A DNA stretch of 63,530 nt, counting the filler, from Collodictyon triciliatum (taxonomy: Eukaryota): assembly GCA_043381765.1 (NCBI GenBank). It is 25 parts of 25 records of this genome, joined end to end, with 100 filler letters (N's around TTAATTAATTAA, not from the genome) between each part and the next. Parts side by side here need not be neighbours in the genome. Positions count along the whole stretch, not along the records: positions 28,671 to 31,174 come from JBHJMP010008759.1; positions 31,275 to 33,778 come from JBHJMP010008760.1; positions 33,879 to 36,381 come from JBHJMP010008761.1; positions 36,482 to 38,984 come from JBHJMP010008762.1; positions 39,085 to 41,585 come from JBHJMP010008763.1; positions 41,686 to 44,186 come from JBHJMP010008764.1; positions 44,287 to 46,787 come from JBHJMP010008765.1; 18 more parts are not named here. One strand, given 5' to 3'. Within the stretch, counting starts at the first letter, position 1. Each line of letters opens with the position of its first letter. The position numbers and the translations under genes are program-made. The notes beneath the pieces were generated by a model. That model did not search any database and was not told the origin of the DNA. It saw nothing but the letters and a program-made list of their open reading frames with translations. Positions 29,618-46,740 of this stretch are shown piece by piece.

Positions 29618-30920
29618 AAATGAAAAGACAAAGACCAATTCTATTGAAATCTGTCTTATTAATAAGTGCTGATATAATCACCCTTGCTTGCCAATTAATC
29701 CCATAAGCCTACCATTTCAAGAGCTTACTTGGAAATCAATATAGCGAGTAAATCATGGACTAAAATATACTCATCTGACTCGCGCACAAATTCGCAGCTG
29801 CCTCGTTGTAAGCACTCTTGCGTTGTTTATGAGGACAAAATGTGAGTTAACTGGGATAAAATACTACGCCTAAAAATTCATTATTGAATTCATTTTATGC
29901 AGGACAAACCAATATTAAGTCGCTAATTGATCGATTAATCTCAAAGAATCATATTAATCCTTTAATTTCCTAAAAGGTATATCTTCGGGGGAAATCAAAG
30001 CTCTGAGGATAAAGTGCTAGGAGACCTTTACGAATTTAATTTATGTAAATAATTCCAAAATGAATATATACTTATTTTATCTTTCTATGGTCTTAATCAG
30101 CTGATTTTTCAGCTTATTTTAACACCTTGTCTATGCTGCGAACATATTGTTAATTCTAGATTTTTTTCTCTTTTCTTTCTCTCCTTTTCTGTGAATTTGT
30201 AGCTGAATCGGACTCTGTAAGTCCATCAACAATTTCACAAGTCAGGAAGGATTCATCTTCCTCCCCACAGCTACACGAATCGTCACAAAGAAATCGCAGC
30301 CGTACTGAGGACAATATAAGATCGTTCACCATTTTCCCCTTCGGAAATAGAGGAAGTGTGGCAGTGACAGAAAGTGCTAGAGACCCAGCAAGAAGTACAC
30401 TGTCCCATGAAGCCACTGCAAAGCTTGACACTATGTCCTCAGACAGTATTTTGGAGGTAATTATGTCGGTTCCTCTGCATTCGCAATTCAACTCCATCAA
30501 TTGATAAACTTATCCCTTCCTCCTCTTTTTTGAAAAACTTTTTTGGGGCTTCCAAGACAAAGTTGAACACATTGAAACATCTTTTCCTTTGGTCGTATTT
30601 TATTTTTACTCTATAGCAAGTGAAATCTTATAAAGCGTCATTCATACTATGAAAGAAAAAAAGAAAGATGATAATATTAATATTGACGTTTTGACCACAA
30701 TATCACAATAACTTTTCAGAATCTATAATCTAAAAATCCTTCCTTCCCTTGAATCGAATAAAGGAAAAAAAAAACCTTCTCAGAATCTACAATACTGCTA
30801 ACTAAATTATCTGAATATTACAGAGTCTCTCAAGAATCATAGCCAATATCCCAGAAGGGACATCCATCTCTTTGACCTCACTAAAGGAGAAGTTTGAATC
30901 CTCGGAAAACATTCTGTGGG
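28910..30920 (+). CDS. Kelch-repeat protein, internal exons (partial)
   Basis: Repeats ATLLGNDVYLFGG, PPPVRRYHSEAFYNGNIFIFGG and PRCKHSCVVYEDKMYIFGG, followed by Ser-rich exons. Confidence 0.85.
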
Positions 30921-31091
30921 AAAGAGACTTCTACCAACAGCACGGCACCTTTAAGTAATATTCTTAACGCATTGCAGGACTCATTTTTCCAGATATTTAA
31001 TTAATACAGGAAGACATGGATAACCACTAAAACATTTTGATCAGAGTTCGGACATACTTTTCTTTCTCTTTCTCTTTATTATTATTATTAT

Positions 31092-31174
<83 letters not shown>

Positions 31175-31411
31175 NNNNNNNNNNNNNNNNNNNNNNNNNN
31201 NNNNNNNNNNNNNNNNNNTTAATTAATTAANNNNNNNNNNNNNNNNNNNNNNNNNNNNNNNNNNNNNNNNNNNNAAAACCCCAATAAAAAAAACCCCAAT
31301 AAAAAAAACCCCAATAAAAAAAACCCCAATAAAAAAAACCCCAATAAAAAACCCCCAATAAAAACGAACGAGTCTTATAAATGTGAACGCTCTTGCAGAA
31401 AAGCCAGAGGG

Positions 31412-33671
31412 ATGAGCGGGACACAAAGACAATCCAACCGCAGAGTCTTTTTCTTGTTGATAGACGGCCTCGCGGATGTCAGTTATGCGCAGCTCTCGCA
31501 CCAGACAACCTTACAGAAGGCCTCCACCCCATACCTGGACAAACTCGCAGGTACCTTACCGAGCTTGATATCTGCCCGCAAACAACCAAACCCACCTTTG
31601 TGCAGCAACCTCCGGCTCTCCCTTAGCATCGATGAACACAGAGAGGCTCTTATCTGCATCCTCCCAATGAGAGTTGGCGTTCAACCTTTCCACCTATCTA
31701 TGAAAAGGCATTTGCACAGCACGCCCATACAGACATTTTATTTTGATTGAGCTCTGTCACGGCAATGTAGCTGCTGGGATAAACGGCCTCCTCGACCCTG
31801 TTGAGCCCGGCCTTGCGTGTGGAAGCGACACGGCCCACTTATCCATACTTGGCTATAACCCTCGCAAGTGAGTCTCTGCGCCCAGCTTCGATGACCATTT
31901 ACATTATTATCACTTTGTCGATTTTTTTTCGTCTGATTTTGTCCAAGATGCAGCTAGTTCGTTGCATCAATAATTGGGACATACATCCGAATGAAGAAAA
32001 CTGAAGAAACACAAAGCACAATCATATTTCACACGACGAACATTTTATGCTGCGTGAATACGCTAGTGAACCATTCTTCAAACGAATATTCAGCATCCTT
32101 TTCGCTTCTTCGTTCCTTTTCATGCAGATACTACAGAGGCAGAGGGGCATTTGAGTCTATGGGTGCTGGAATAGATATGATACCCGGCGATATCGCATTC
32201 AAGGTTCACCAGACATAACGATGAAAGAGAGGAAGCTGTTTTAATACTAAAATGCGTGTCCATTTTCCAATATAAATTTAATAGCACTCCTATAAATGTT
32301 CTTTCCCTTGACCAATATCTGATTAGCTTGAAGATATCTTCGCACTTAATTCAATATCGCGGTATCATACTCAACACACTTTTGACCTGTGTCTAGTGCA
32401 ATTTTGCCACTATGGATTTGAAATCAAAGCTTGTTGTATCAAGAAGAGCTGACCGCCAATTTGAAGTCGAGGGCCCCATCCTTTCAGATGCACTCGACAA
32501 CACGTATGTACAATACCCATGCGTTCTTTAAAAGTAGTGAATACATTGCAATACACCATCGCATGGTTTTAGCTGCAAGATACTTCATCGTCCCTATTAT
32601 TAGCTACATACATATCCAGCAAGAAGTAATGCCATAGAAAAATGAATACAAGAGTTTCAGAGATTGTAATCAACCAACAACATATGCATCATATCTAAAT
32701 ATTTGAAACTAGGCCTCTTCCATCGTTTCCTGATTGCCAAGTTACTGTGAAATACGCCACAGAACACAGGTAGCTAGCTGAGGAATGTATTGGATAATGC
32801 AATCAAAAAATTAACATAGCTTTCAAAAATATGAATCAATAAAATGTAAACAGAGATATCACATACGAGAATATCGGCATATGACATAAATATATTGTAA
32901 TACAGACACGAAAAAATAAAATGTTCATTTAACCTTGATGACCGTCTTAAGATGCGGGGTTCGTGTGCGTGGGCCATCACTGACTGATTCTGTGACAGGA
33001 ACAGATCCGCTGAAGGACAAGTCTTCTTTTATTGCAAAATATTATTATATAGTTTTCTGTTCCGTAGCGATTGTATTGGCTTATTAAGTTAGAAGAAGAT
33101 ATGTATAATTTGTAAGCAAAGTCCAACCCATAATTGCAAATGTGAATGATTTACAAAACATTTAAATCTTTGAAGCAAACTTTTACTTGTGTCAGAACCA
33201 CTGGATTCTTCACCCGAAGCAGTCAGAACAGCAAAAGTAACACACGACAACAAGAATTTATTCTGCTGGCACTTTTTAATCTTGGTTTTTTTCTTGAAAC
33301 TCAATCTCCTCAATATAGCTCATCAATGAAATGTCTGAGGAATTGAGCCGTGTTCTCCAGCAACATCCGATTAACAAAGAACGAGTACAGCAAGGAAAGC
33401 CAGAGGCGAATATCGTCTTGCTTAGAGGATGCGGCGTCCGCATAAATGTATTTTTCACTGTTTTATTTTATCACCTAATTAATCTCATACATTTTATGTG
33501 ATTATTCTATTATAAATATGATCGGATACTTCAATTTCATTCTTTAACTTTCTGTATAAGCTCCACTTTTTTCTCTTCTAGGCTCCTACTTTCGAAGAAG
33601 AGCACGGCTATCGTGGGTTCATGATAGCGCCAACAGCCATAATAGCTGGTCTGGGAATGTGTCTGGGGCTC
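31412..33671 (+). CDS. Cofactor-independent phosphoglycerate mutase, archaeal-like (apgM) type (partial)
   Basis: FLLIDGLAD...TPYLDKLA|...DPVEPGLACGSDTAHLSILGYNP|YYRGRGAFESMGAG...GDIAFK|CNFAT...RRADR...YATEHR|CG...GTDPLKD...ANIVLLRGCG. Confidence 0.93.
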
Positions 33672-33879
33672 GGTAAGTTGGCATTAAAAAAAAAACAAAA
33701 AACAAAAAACAAAAAACAAAAAACAAAAAACAAAAAACAAAAAACAAAAAACAAAAAAAAAAAAAAAAAAAACAAAAANNNNNNNNNNNNNNNNNNNNNN
33801 NNNNNNNNNNNNNNNNNNNNNNTTAATTAATTAANNNNNNNNNNNNNNNNNNNNNNNNNNNNNNNNNNNNNNNNNNNNA

Positions 33880-33975
<96 letters not shown>

Positions 33976-33977
33976 AC

Positions 33978-35990
33978 ACCTCTGAAACGACCCGCTTTCC
34001 CTTTTAGTCTCTGTGATAACCCACGAAGAGGCTTGTCATGACCTTGAGGCATCGGCTGTCCAGGAAGATCACTATTTTAAAGTTTTTTTAAATCATCATT
34101 TGTATATATGTACTGATATAATCAAGAGAATACAATCGACGTTGGCAATAACTCACTTTAAAAACTCTGAAAAGTATAAATTCTCAAGATTTTTTTTCAA
34201 AGAATGAGACCTATTAATGTACAAGGCGCACTGTAGCTGTAGTAGGTCCCAATCTTCCTATATTATTGAGAATACAGTAAGTGTGTTGGAACACACATGT
34301 AAGACGGATATGTCTTGATTTCGTCCTATTAAGATAGGTAACACTGTTCGAATAAAGGGGGGAAATATAGGTAACAATGTATTGTCGGTCGGATATAAAA
34401 GTATTATAAACTTGTATTACCATTACAACTTGAATGTTGGTTCCTTTTTCCATCACAGAGCGAATTGTATTATTAATTTGGGTTATTTCCGCTAGCTTTA
34501 CAGTAAGATCGTCTTCGTTTCTATAGCGAACCGCCAGAAAAAATCAATTAGAATACTTTTGTCTGGAAGCTAAAATTTTGATATACGGCTGATATTTGTG
34601 AAAATAAATCAGCATACGATCCTTGTGCATCCATCCCAACTGAAGGACGAATAGCAACAGGGGGGACTGGGATATGGGTCATTATGATTCTTTCAGGTCG
34701 CCCGATTTTGGGGTTCATAATCAAGAGCTCTACATCCTTTTAAGAAAATTCACTTTGTGATTCTCATGTGTTCTAATAATTGAATGACATATGCTTATCA
34801 ATTATTTCCATATGTAAGGGCTATACTTCAGGAATAATTCTCTCGAAAAGATTCAAAGCACGTAGGGGGTTCAGGTCGTCTGTTGCTTTAGTTAAAAATT
34901 GGCGGATTTCGCGGTTATGCATTATGGCATCCTCGAATTGTTTGGTGAAATCTTCTTGGACTTGGGTAACTTTGCTTTTGTATTTTTCGTGTATAATTCG
35001 GAGTGGACCAAACTTCTTCACCGTTGCTGAGAACATAAAATAAACATGTAAGTGTGACTAAATACAACAGAAATTTACTACAGAAAAATACAGAAAATTC
35101 GAAAAACTTTAATTTGTGACAGCACCATAGAAAAGACTATCATTTCATATTTATTTGTATGAAGTTAAGATATTCTCAATCTTAATGAACACAAACCGTT
35201 CACACCCTCGCAATAAGGACAAATGGATGTCTTCTTGCATTTTTCTATAATTTTTTTCTGGATACCGAATTTTTGAAGAGTCTCGATTTTAGGGTGACGC
35301 AGCCTGCGGAGAAAAAAGACGCGGTCCTCCTCGTTCAATAAGACGCGACTGCATGTCTGTTTTGATTTAAGTTATACAAATGTATGCGCAAAAATAAGGC
35401 GCTTTACTGCTCAGATTGTTTGTTACGTGTATTAAGTGTTTATAATTGATGGTACATTCACTCGAAAACGCTTACTTTGCATATACATTGAAGAATAATA
35501 ACGGTCTGCCTAAAGAATCCGACATGGAATACAGGTAGTTCAAGCTTGATATATCCAAAGTGGCCTGGACAATCAACTAATTTACAACCACATGTCTCAC
35601 AAGTCGACGATTTATCAGAGACACCCTAAATGAATACGTAAATGAATGTAAATTCACTAGACTTCTTTATAGATGTTATTCAAAAATCGCTTTTGTACAT
35701 AAATATATCAGCAATTTTCTAGCAATATTACAAGTCGTTTATCCAGGCAACCATACGGCATATTCTCGCGGGTAGCCACTTGATACATTTGATGATTTAC
35801 AACCTTTGGGTAATTAAGGAATATTCATTACCAAGTTTCATGTCAATATTGAAGTGAAACAAATTCAAAGTAAGCAAAATATTCTTGTAAGGTTATTTTC
35901 TGCAACATGACATGGTTTGTAAAACCTGAATTTCGGACATTTTGGCGATTTCCAGGTCTGATAGCATCCCAAACTGAATCTTATCACTGG
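33978..35990 (-). CDS. POLR3A: RNA polymerase III largest subunit RPC1, N-terminal exons (partial)
   Basis: DKIQFG...[45 protein letters not shown]...[12 protein letters not shown]...[11 protein letters not shown]...NEDDLTVKL...[17 protein letters not shown]...[16 protein letters not shown]. Confidence 0.93.
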
Positions 35991-36481
35991 GTGTTTGTAC
36001 GTTTTTTTTTTTTTTTATTGTTAATCAAAGTGTTTTTACAAAAGACGCTGAAAATATCATGAAAGGCCTATGAAAGCACTCATGGTATATAAATGAAATG
36101 TACATATAGTATGATATTTTCAATGCAGCTCAAGTGTCTGCTAATTCACGGAGACGTTTATTGGCTGGGTTAATTTCTCTCTTTTTCTTTTGTTCTTTTT
36201 TGTTCTTTTTTGTTCTTTTTTGTTCTTTTTTTCTTGTTTCTTGTTTCTTGGTATCATATGTGGTCTCATTTTTGTCCTTTATTGTCTGTTTTTGTTTTTG
36301 TTTTTGTTTTTGTTTTTGTTTTTGTTTTTTGTTTTTTGTTTTTTTTGTTTTTTTTGTTTTTTTTTTGTTTTCTTGTTTTTTNNNNNNNNNNNNNNNNNNN
36401 NNNNNNNNNNNNNNNNNNNNNNNNNTTAATTAATTAANNNNNNNNNNNNNNNNNNNNNNNNNNNNNNNNNNNNNNNNNNNN

Positions 36482-36518
<37 letters not shown>

Positions 36519-36587
36519 CAACCAAATATACAAAGCACTGATATTTTAACCTAAAGCAAAAGGAAGAGATCAATCTGCCTACTGAAA

Positions 36588-37480
36588 ATGTCGTTCAGCG
36601 CGTCCAAGAAAGCCCCTGTCACTCAGCGCCCGAATATGGGGTCGTCCAACCGCTCCACCGAGCAAGACTTTGACGTTTTTCTGTTTGTTCGAATCCCTCG
36701 CCACGAAGAGCGTATAGATCCAGCCAACGGAAAAAAATATGTTGTGAGTTTTAACTCTCAAACCACCTCTCGAAGCTCTCCTTATTACCACCCCCCCCCT
36801 CAGCATCCACTCGCTCGATCATACTTTTCCCTCCTCCTTTCCTTGTTTGGAGAGGACTTGTTTACCCACTCGCCCGATCATGAATCTGTCTTCCTATCGC
36901 CACTTTATAGATACTTTTTTTTTTTCAACACCTTCGTCACATTCATATCACTTCTCGAAGGTTTATCAAGTTATAGTTGAGAACAACCAGTGCACTTGGG
37001 AGATCTTTCGTCGCTTCAGCGAGTTTGACGCTTTGTATCAGACAGTAAGCCTCCCCTTCGCGATCAAAAAAAAAATGCAATTCAATTTTTTAAATACAAA
37101 AAAAAAAAAAAAAAAAAAGAAAAAAAAGAGGATCTTGTGCTTGGATGACCATTCGTTGTTGAAAATATTTTTTTCCTTTATCTGATTCAAATATTTGTTG
37201 TCGAAAAGATAATATGGCCTAGCTAAATCAAGTATACCTTTTTCATTTATTCCATCTGAAATTGGGTCCAGTTGTGCCGCAAGTTTCCAGGGCAAGTTCC
37301 TGATTTCCCAGTTGGTTCCAAGCTTCTCGGTATTGCTATGGATGTAGTCGAAAGTCGACGCCCCGCGTTAGAAAAGTTTCTTCTGGACTTGCTGGAAAAT
37401 CCAGTATTTATGTTTCAATGTGACGACCTTCAAGTCTTCCTTGAGTCCAAGGATAAGATCACCAACGCCGTCCCACCAAA
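36588..37480 (+). CDS. PX (Phox homology) domain protein (3' end uncertain)
   Basis: KKYV|VYQVIV...WEIFRRFSEFDALYQT|LCRKFPGQVPDFP...VESRRPALEKFLLDLL...LQVFL. Confidence 0.85.
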
Positions 37481-38458
37481 GTGTATGAGCTCTATATCTG
37501 CTTTATCGCATCCTTAATAATATTTTGTGACTCGTTCATTTCCATTCCTCTCCTATGCTCAATTACTCATATTCCGTATCAATCAGCCGGTCGCGCTGGA
37601 AAGTAAATTCTCCAGTCGCCTTGTTTGTTTCAACCTTGTTCATTCGGAGTATGATCAATTCATAATAATAGTAATAATAATGAATATAATAACAACAATA
37701 ATGACAATAATAATTATTCTTTTTGGTGAATTTATTACTTTCTTAATATCATAACTAGCCAACCTGCTCTAGTGCATCCATGATGTGTATTTTCTCATCA
37801 ACTTTCATACTCATAATGAATACTCCCAAAAGGTGAAATATTAGACAAATTATTCTCGTCCGGGAAAATACATATCAGATGAATGCAAGGGTGATATTAT
37901 CTTAGGCAGCCGCACACCTGCGTTGAAGCCTTATTCATTCATTCTACAAAAGACACAATCGAAATGACAGCATCCACCCACCCGCCTGCTCTTCCTATCA
38001 TTTTTCCATCAGAAGATATTCAGTTTATTCACGGAGTCGCCTACATTATACCCAAATGATTCTTTCTCCAAACACAACTGCTTTTATTATCATCATTATT
38101 ATTATTCCTTTTCATATTGTCGATGCTGTTATATTTTCTGTCCTTCCTTCCTGCTCCCTTATATTTACAACTCTCTCAGAAAGGCCAGCCAAACATAAAA
38201 CTCGATGTGGACTCCATAACACCTGCACTCACAAACGACAGGGTGCTTCATCTCAAATATATCTTGCTGTAACCCAACAACGAAAAACACAACCAACCAC
38301 ACCCTGGTTTTTATCGGCCAAGTCAGCTTTGCCTCATTGCACCCAGGTTTGTACCAGGTGTTCGGTCGGCTGGTGCTGTCTGTCCGTTCGACACGCTTTC
38401 TTGGAAGTACAATTGGAGCTGGAGGGGAAGGAAGGGGAAGCGACCATCGCGGGTCTTT

Positions 38459-38500
<42 letters not shown>

Positions 38501-39142
38501 CATCTGGTTGGAATCGAAGAGGAAGAATAATAATAATACTTTAGAAAAGTTATAAACATCCGATAATAAGTATGGTAGCGTGAATTCAATTCCGACAAGC
38601 TGGTATCTGGATTTTTTTTTATTCCAAAAATCTTAGCTGTTGAGCCCGTCTCAACAATCTTTCATTAACCATCAGGCAAGTAGTTCCAAAGTAGGTGGGG
38701 AGATGTGGGAGATAGAAAAAGAAAAACAGGGATAAAAATAAAAAAAAAGGGGAAAAGAGAGGTCCTTGAGGCTTGATAAGAGACGCACGGATTTCTTTTG
38801 GGGACGCGTGGTAGTATCCCACGAGCATGAGAAGAAAAAAAAAGGGACGGGTGATATTGATTGGACGGAGGAGGGGGAATACTGCTTTGATGGCGCAAGC
38901 TGTCGAAAAGGATGGTGAAAAGAGAAGTGAGGTTCGTTTGATAAGCACTAGGTCGAGTGCAAAGAGGACTTCTCTGCATGATTGNNNNNNNNNNNNNNNN
39001 NNNNNNNNNNNNNNNNNNNNNNNNNNNNTTAATTAATTAANNNNNNNNNNNNNNNNNNNNNNNNNNNNNNNNNNNNNNNNNNNNTTTTTTGAACAAGCCC
39101 TGTCAACAATTTCACAATAAACTCAAATCCATATATTATTAG

Positions 39143-41574
39143 GCTTGATAGTTTCTCTGCCAAAGTTGTAGTTAGTGGATTAAAGACACTTGCAAAGCAG
39201 GTATTCAACATATAATTTAATTTCTAGCTTTATATTCTATGAAGTATATTGCAGCATGCAAGGTTGAAAATATTGCAAACTTACTCTGCATCGCCTGTCT
39301 ATGTGTTATGATTTCTTTACAGGGACGCACGGTCTTAACCACTATCCACCAGCCATCCATAGAGATATTTGTCCAATTTGACGACCTTCTTGTATGTATT
39401 CACCCTTTTATACCAAATATGAAAAATGAGCGCTCAAACGCGGAGCAAAGATTCCCACACTCAATATAATCAACAATTTAACAGATTCTTGCCGAGGGAC
39501 AAACCATATACTTTGGTGAGACTCAAAAGTCTTTTGACTACTTCGCTCGAGCTGGATATCCTTGCCCGCCTCATCACAACCCCGCCAGTTATTTTTGTAT
39601 GTATTCAATCGCTGAAAACAACATCTCATGTAATTTGGAGATATGCATGCATGGAAATAAAGCACTACAAATATAAAACCACCAAACTATAATTGCTTAA
39701 TCCTTCAGTTTTATTTCATCTTCTCAAACCTATGAAATTCCATATCTCCAGTGAAGATTCTCTATACAAAGACAATCGGCTCGTCCTCTGGGCACATGCA
39801 TGCAAAAGATGGAATAGTCAAGTAATTTTATACGCTCCTGTTGAAATATTATTATTTTTCTCGCTGCATAATATCTTACACATATACACCAGAGTGGACG
39901 TCGACTTGGAGAATGATTTGGCCAATGTCGATAAAACTCAGGTTTCTCTACATTCCTAATATTTTTTTGAGTCTTGGTTATGGCTTCAAAAAAATCAGTG
40001 TTACATCTCCAGCTATAGCATGATAAATCTAACAATATTTGAACTGTTTCAACTAAAAAAGGCCCTTCAACTGATTGACTACTGGAAATCGTCTCCGGAA
40101 TCAGCAAATAATGATAAGAAATTCTCCGTGAAGGAAAGCATCAAACTAGATGAAGAACATGTAATGATGAACAAAGATATAAATTTGTCCTTAACAATTC
40201 CTAATTTTTTCTACCCTAACAGCAGCACCAATGGTTGTCTTATTATTTATCAATATCAAAAGAATAAAATTATAGAGGGCATAGTGTTTCTACATTACCC
40301 TATTTATTTTATTTATTTTTTTAGCTCACTGCGCCAGCCTGGAAACAAATCTCTTGGGTCTTTCTGCGCTCCATCAAGAACAACTTTCGAGAACCTCTCA
40401 TGACTAAGATGAGAGTTGGCCAAAATGTTTTCGTCGCTGTTGTGGTTCGAATTTCCTCATTTCCCAGCCAATTGTCAAGCTAATATTTTCTTGTGTGCTT
40501 AACTATTGCAACGTAGTGGTATTCCAAAGGTCTTACATGATACTCTGTTTAGGCTGGATTAATCTACCTTCAGCGCGGTCATGACCAGATTGCCTTGCAT
40601 GATAGAGCCGCAGCCATATTTTTCCTTGTACTTAGCCAGATATTCGGGAGCATGAACGGACCGATGTTTCTGTGTATGTTTTCACGTTCATAGCTCCCTT
40701 ACCGCCCTAAATCATTTTTTTTCTTGCGATACAAGTTTGATGTTAACATTTCGTCCTTTTTTTGTAACATATTTCTCATATCTTTTACCTACACCGAAAC
40801 AAATATAGTCCCAGCAGAGCGGGCCATATTCATGAGAGAACACTCATCAGGGCTGTACACAACACTCAATTATTTCATCGGGCGCTGCATGAGCGATATA
40901 CCTGTGTCGTTTATATCACCACTGGTGTTCTCATCGATCGCCTACGTACTAGATTTATTCTTTATTTTTCATCTGCCTGTATTTGTATTGGACAACAGAC
41001 ATGTCAAGCGCGCTCATATCAAAATTTCAATCAGCCCATGGTAGATTTTAACCCTGGAGGAACGCATTGGTATATATTTTGTTTCTTTTTGTTTCTTTTT
41101 GTTTCTTTTTGTTTCTTTTTTTGTTTCTTTTTTTGTTTCTTTTTTGTTTCTTTTTTGTTTCTTTTTTGTTTCTTTTTTGTTTCTTTTTTTGTTTGTTTGT
41201 TTGTTTGTTTGTTTGTTTGTCTTTTTGTCTTTTTGTCTTTTTGTCTTTTTGTCTTTTTGTCTTTTTGTCTTTTTTCTCTTCTAAATAGCATTCTCTAATT
41301 ACAACTTCGTTCACATATGGCAGGTTTATCTTCTTTATTGTAGTCACAATCATTGGTATCGCCTCAGCTTCTCTAGGTATATTTGCCTCTATTTATATAT
41401 TTATATCTCTCGTAACCTCAGGTCAGACGTCAGAAAAAGCATTTACCATAACAATATGAATGGCCGAAACAATTCATGATTCGAACGATAACCATTATAT
41501 ATCATGCAGGAATACTCCTTGGATGTGCAATTACAAACTTTTCCCTCTTGTTTGTCATCCAACCTGCGATTATG
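39143..41574 (+). CDS. ABCG (White-family) half transporter, internal exons (partial)
   Basis: GLDSFSA...|GRTVLTTIHQPSIEIFVQFDDLL|ILAEGQTIYFG...GYPCPPHHNPASY...FPAERAIFMREHSSGLY, plus TM exons. Confidence 0.93.
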
Positions 41575-42591
41575 GTAACACGACTNNNNNNNNNNNNNNN
41601 NNNNNNNNNNNNNNNNNNNNNNNNNNNNNTTAATTAATTAANNNNNNNNNNNNNNNNNNNNNNNNNNNNNNNNNNNNNNNNNNNNCCATACAATCACTGG
41701 ATTCTGCACTCAGAATAATCACACCCTTTGATCGAACATCAGTTTTTGTCAAGGACATGATCTCAAGGATCTTCCCCTTTTTTCTTCAACCAACTCATTT
41801 ATTGCTATTGAATAAGTCGACAAAGTTCGCGCCACCCCAAACTCTAAAATCAAGCACCTTCTTTTTCCAAGCTCTTTTGAACATATCAAACACGTCATTT
41901 TTAACGAAACGAAAGCGACAGAATAGACAAAGCTCGAAGTTTTGTGTTTGTCACTGCCTACCCATCCCCATATTTTCTCTGCGATCAACAGTATTTTTAT
42001 GTACTATACTCCATGAAACCCCTTTTATATGTATGTACTTATATGACTTTTTCCTTCTCCACCGGGCCAATCACGAAGAAAAACGCTCATGTTGGTTTTT
42101 GAGTATTTTTGCGTTATTTTAGGCGACTTTCTCACCAGCTTTTCGTGGTTAACGGGTTGAAGGAACCCAACAACCAAATCATGCTTTTTTTCTCTTCCTT
42201 TTTTCTCAAAACCTAAAAATCCCACTTAGCATCACAGACTCTAACCAACGCTTCACACCTTCGCACAGCTCCAACCTTGGACTTGATTGCTATTGTTTCC
42301 TCAGCATCAATCAAGAAAAATAGCACTTAGGTATTCCTTCTCTTCTCTTCTCTTCTCTTCTCTTCTCTTCTCTTCTCTTCTCTTCTCTTCTCTTCTCTTC
42401 TCTTCTCTTCTCTTCTCTTCTCTGACACTTTTCTTGGGTTTTCATATAAATTAGTAAGTAAATAAGAAATGATTTTTAATTCATCTTACATCACGCTTGA
42501 ATTATGCAATCGTCTTGTTACATCCATTTTTTTCCCCACCACTGGTCGAGACTCTGCAACGTCTAATTCTACAACAGCAGAACACCAAAAA

Positions 42592-44186
42592 ATGGCCCAC
42601 TACTTCTGCTACCAATGCGAGCGAGCAGTGCCCATCGAGGCTGGAGCAAATCTGCAATGCCCTCAGTGTGCCGGTGACTTTCTAGAAGAGCTTGCACCCA
42701 ACGACCCTCGAATGCCCTCGCCGCATCCATTTGGGATTGGTCTGCGAAACCCTGGCACAACGCACAGCCCAGCCCGCAGTCCTGGCAGTCAACCAGCACA
42801 GTCGATCCCCCAGAATGCAATCAGAGTTTCATTTTTAGACTTACTTTTGATGGCTCGCGGTGGGGTTGGTCCGCTGGCTGGAATACAGGGCCCGCCTCCT
42901 GTACAGCCCAGGGCTGCTTCTCGTCAAAATCCACAAAGGCAGCAGACAGCCTCGTCGCCATATGTCGGCTTCCGCCTTCAGGCAGAAGAGGCAGAGGAGG
43001 TGAATGAGGAGGTCGATCTGGGTGAAGACGAGCCCGCGGGATTATCCATTGTCGCTCCTGTTGACACTGAACCCGGGGAGGGTGATGCAGAGAACCCTGA
43101 TGAGGAACAAAGGGAACATGTGGTAGCTTGCTCTTTTGCTCTCTCCTTTTCTGTTTTTTCTTTTTTATCTCCTGTCTCTTTTTTTCCCATTGTTTTTTTC
43201 TCTTTTTCCTTTTTTTTTATCTTTATGTCTTTATGTCTTTTGTTTTTGTTCTTTTGTTATCTGATGGACGGTGTGAGGGCATGGACAACGGTTAGCTCAG
43301 CTGCTGTGAATAATCAATTACGATTTTACAGGAAGATGTAAATGAAGATGATGAAGAAGAAGACGAAGAAGACGGAGGGCCATTAGCCGCTCTGCACCGA
43401 TTAAGGACACTTCTTCTGGCCCAGCAGGGAAATGGAAATAGGGCGATGTGCGTAATCACTTTCCTATTAGTCCTAACCTAAATTATAATTATATATCAGC
43501 TTTTCCAATTTTGATTCCATCGTAAGCCTGACACCATATCCCTTAATTTCCAAACCGTCCAGATCTCTTCAAAATTTCTTGGAGGCTATGGGTCCTCTCT
43601 TGGGGTATCACGGAAATCCTGGTGACTATGTAACCCAAGAACAATATGATGCTCTAATTTCCCGAATGATGGATGAGAAGAAGTAAACCAGGCTGATTGT
43701 ATTATCATATATGTGGCCTTTCATTCACAAGTATATATGTTTCTTTCCGTCTTTCAACCATAGCCCAATTTAATAGCTTTGTTAAAATTTTCAACACCTG
43801 TTTGCACAATTTATGTCGTCTACAGGCCCGACTTTAAACCTGCGTCGGAGGAATTTATCGACAAGTTAGAAAAGCGCACCTACACATCCACCGGTTGCAA
43901 TTTAATTATTGTGCCATTATAAGCGATGAAAAAAATTACTTTATTTTATTTTATTCCTTTCTTTCCGAATAAATTGAAAGGGTTTCTTGTATTTGTAGTT
44001 TCATTTTGTATTATTTTATTAATATTCCCTTTTCTTGACTGATTCAATCTTTTGAATAACATTTATCTGATAAATATGAAAATTCTGAAAACAGATGGAC
44101 AGCTTGACTGCTCTGTATGCCGCGATGACTTCAAGGAGGGAGAAGTGTATAATGTCCTTCCCTGTACACATCTGTTCCACAAAGAC
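42592..44186 (+). CDS. RNF115/RNF126-like RING-H2 E3 ligase (partial)
   Basis: N-terminal YFCYQCERAV...CPQCAGDFLEEL, GNPGDY motif, RING start CSVCRDDFKEGEVYNVLPCTHLFHKD. Confidence 0.9.
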
Positions 44187-44400
44187 NNNNNNNNNNNNNN
44201 NNNNNNNNNNNNNNNNNNNNNNNNNNNNNNTTAATTAATTAANNNNNNNNNNNNNNNNNNNNNNNNNNNNNNNNNNNNNNNNNNNNCATGGGCGCAGCTT
44301 GCTTTCTTCCTGTATCTCGAGGCCTTTGCATCTGCTGCATCTGGCAGGGGTGTGTGTTTTTATTGACAAGTGTAGGATAAGGGGAGGGCGGGAGGCGGCA

Positions 44401-46740
<2,340 letters not shown>

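Noticed and set aside
36100-36190. Putative RPC1 first exon containing a TGA
   Set aside because: Similarity to RPC1 N-termini is unconvincing; more likely intronic, with the true exon beyond the contig end.
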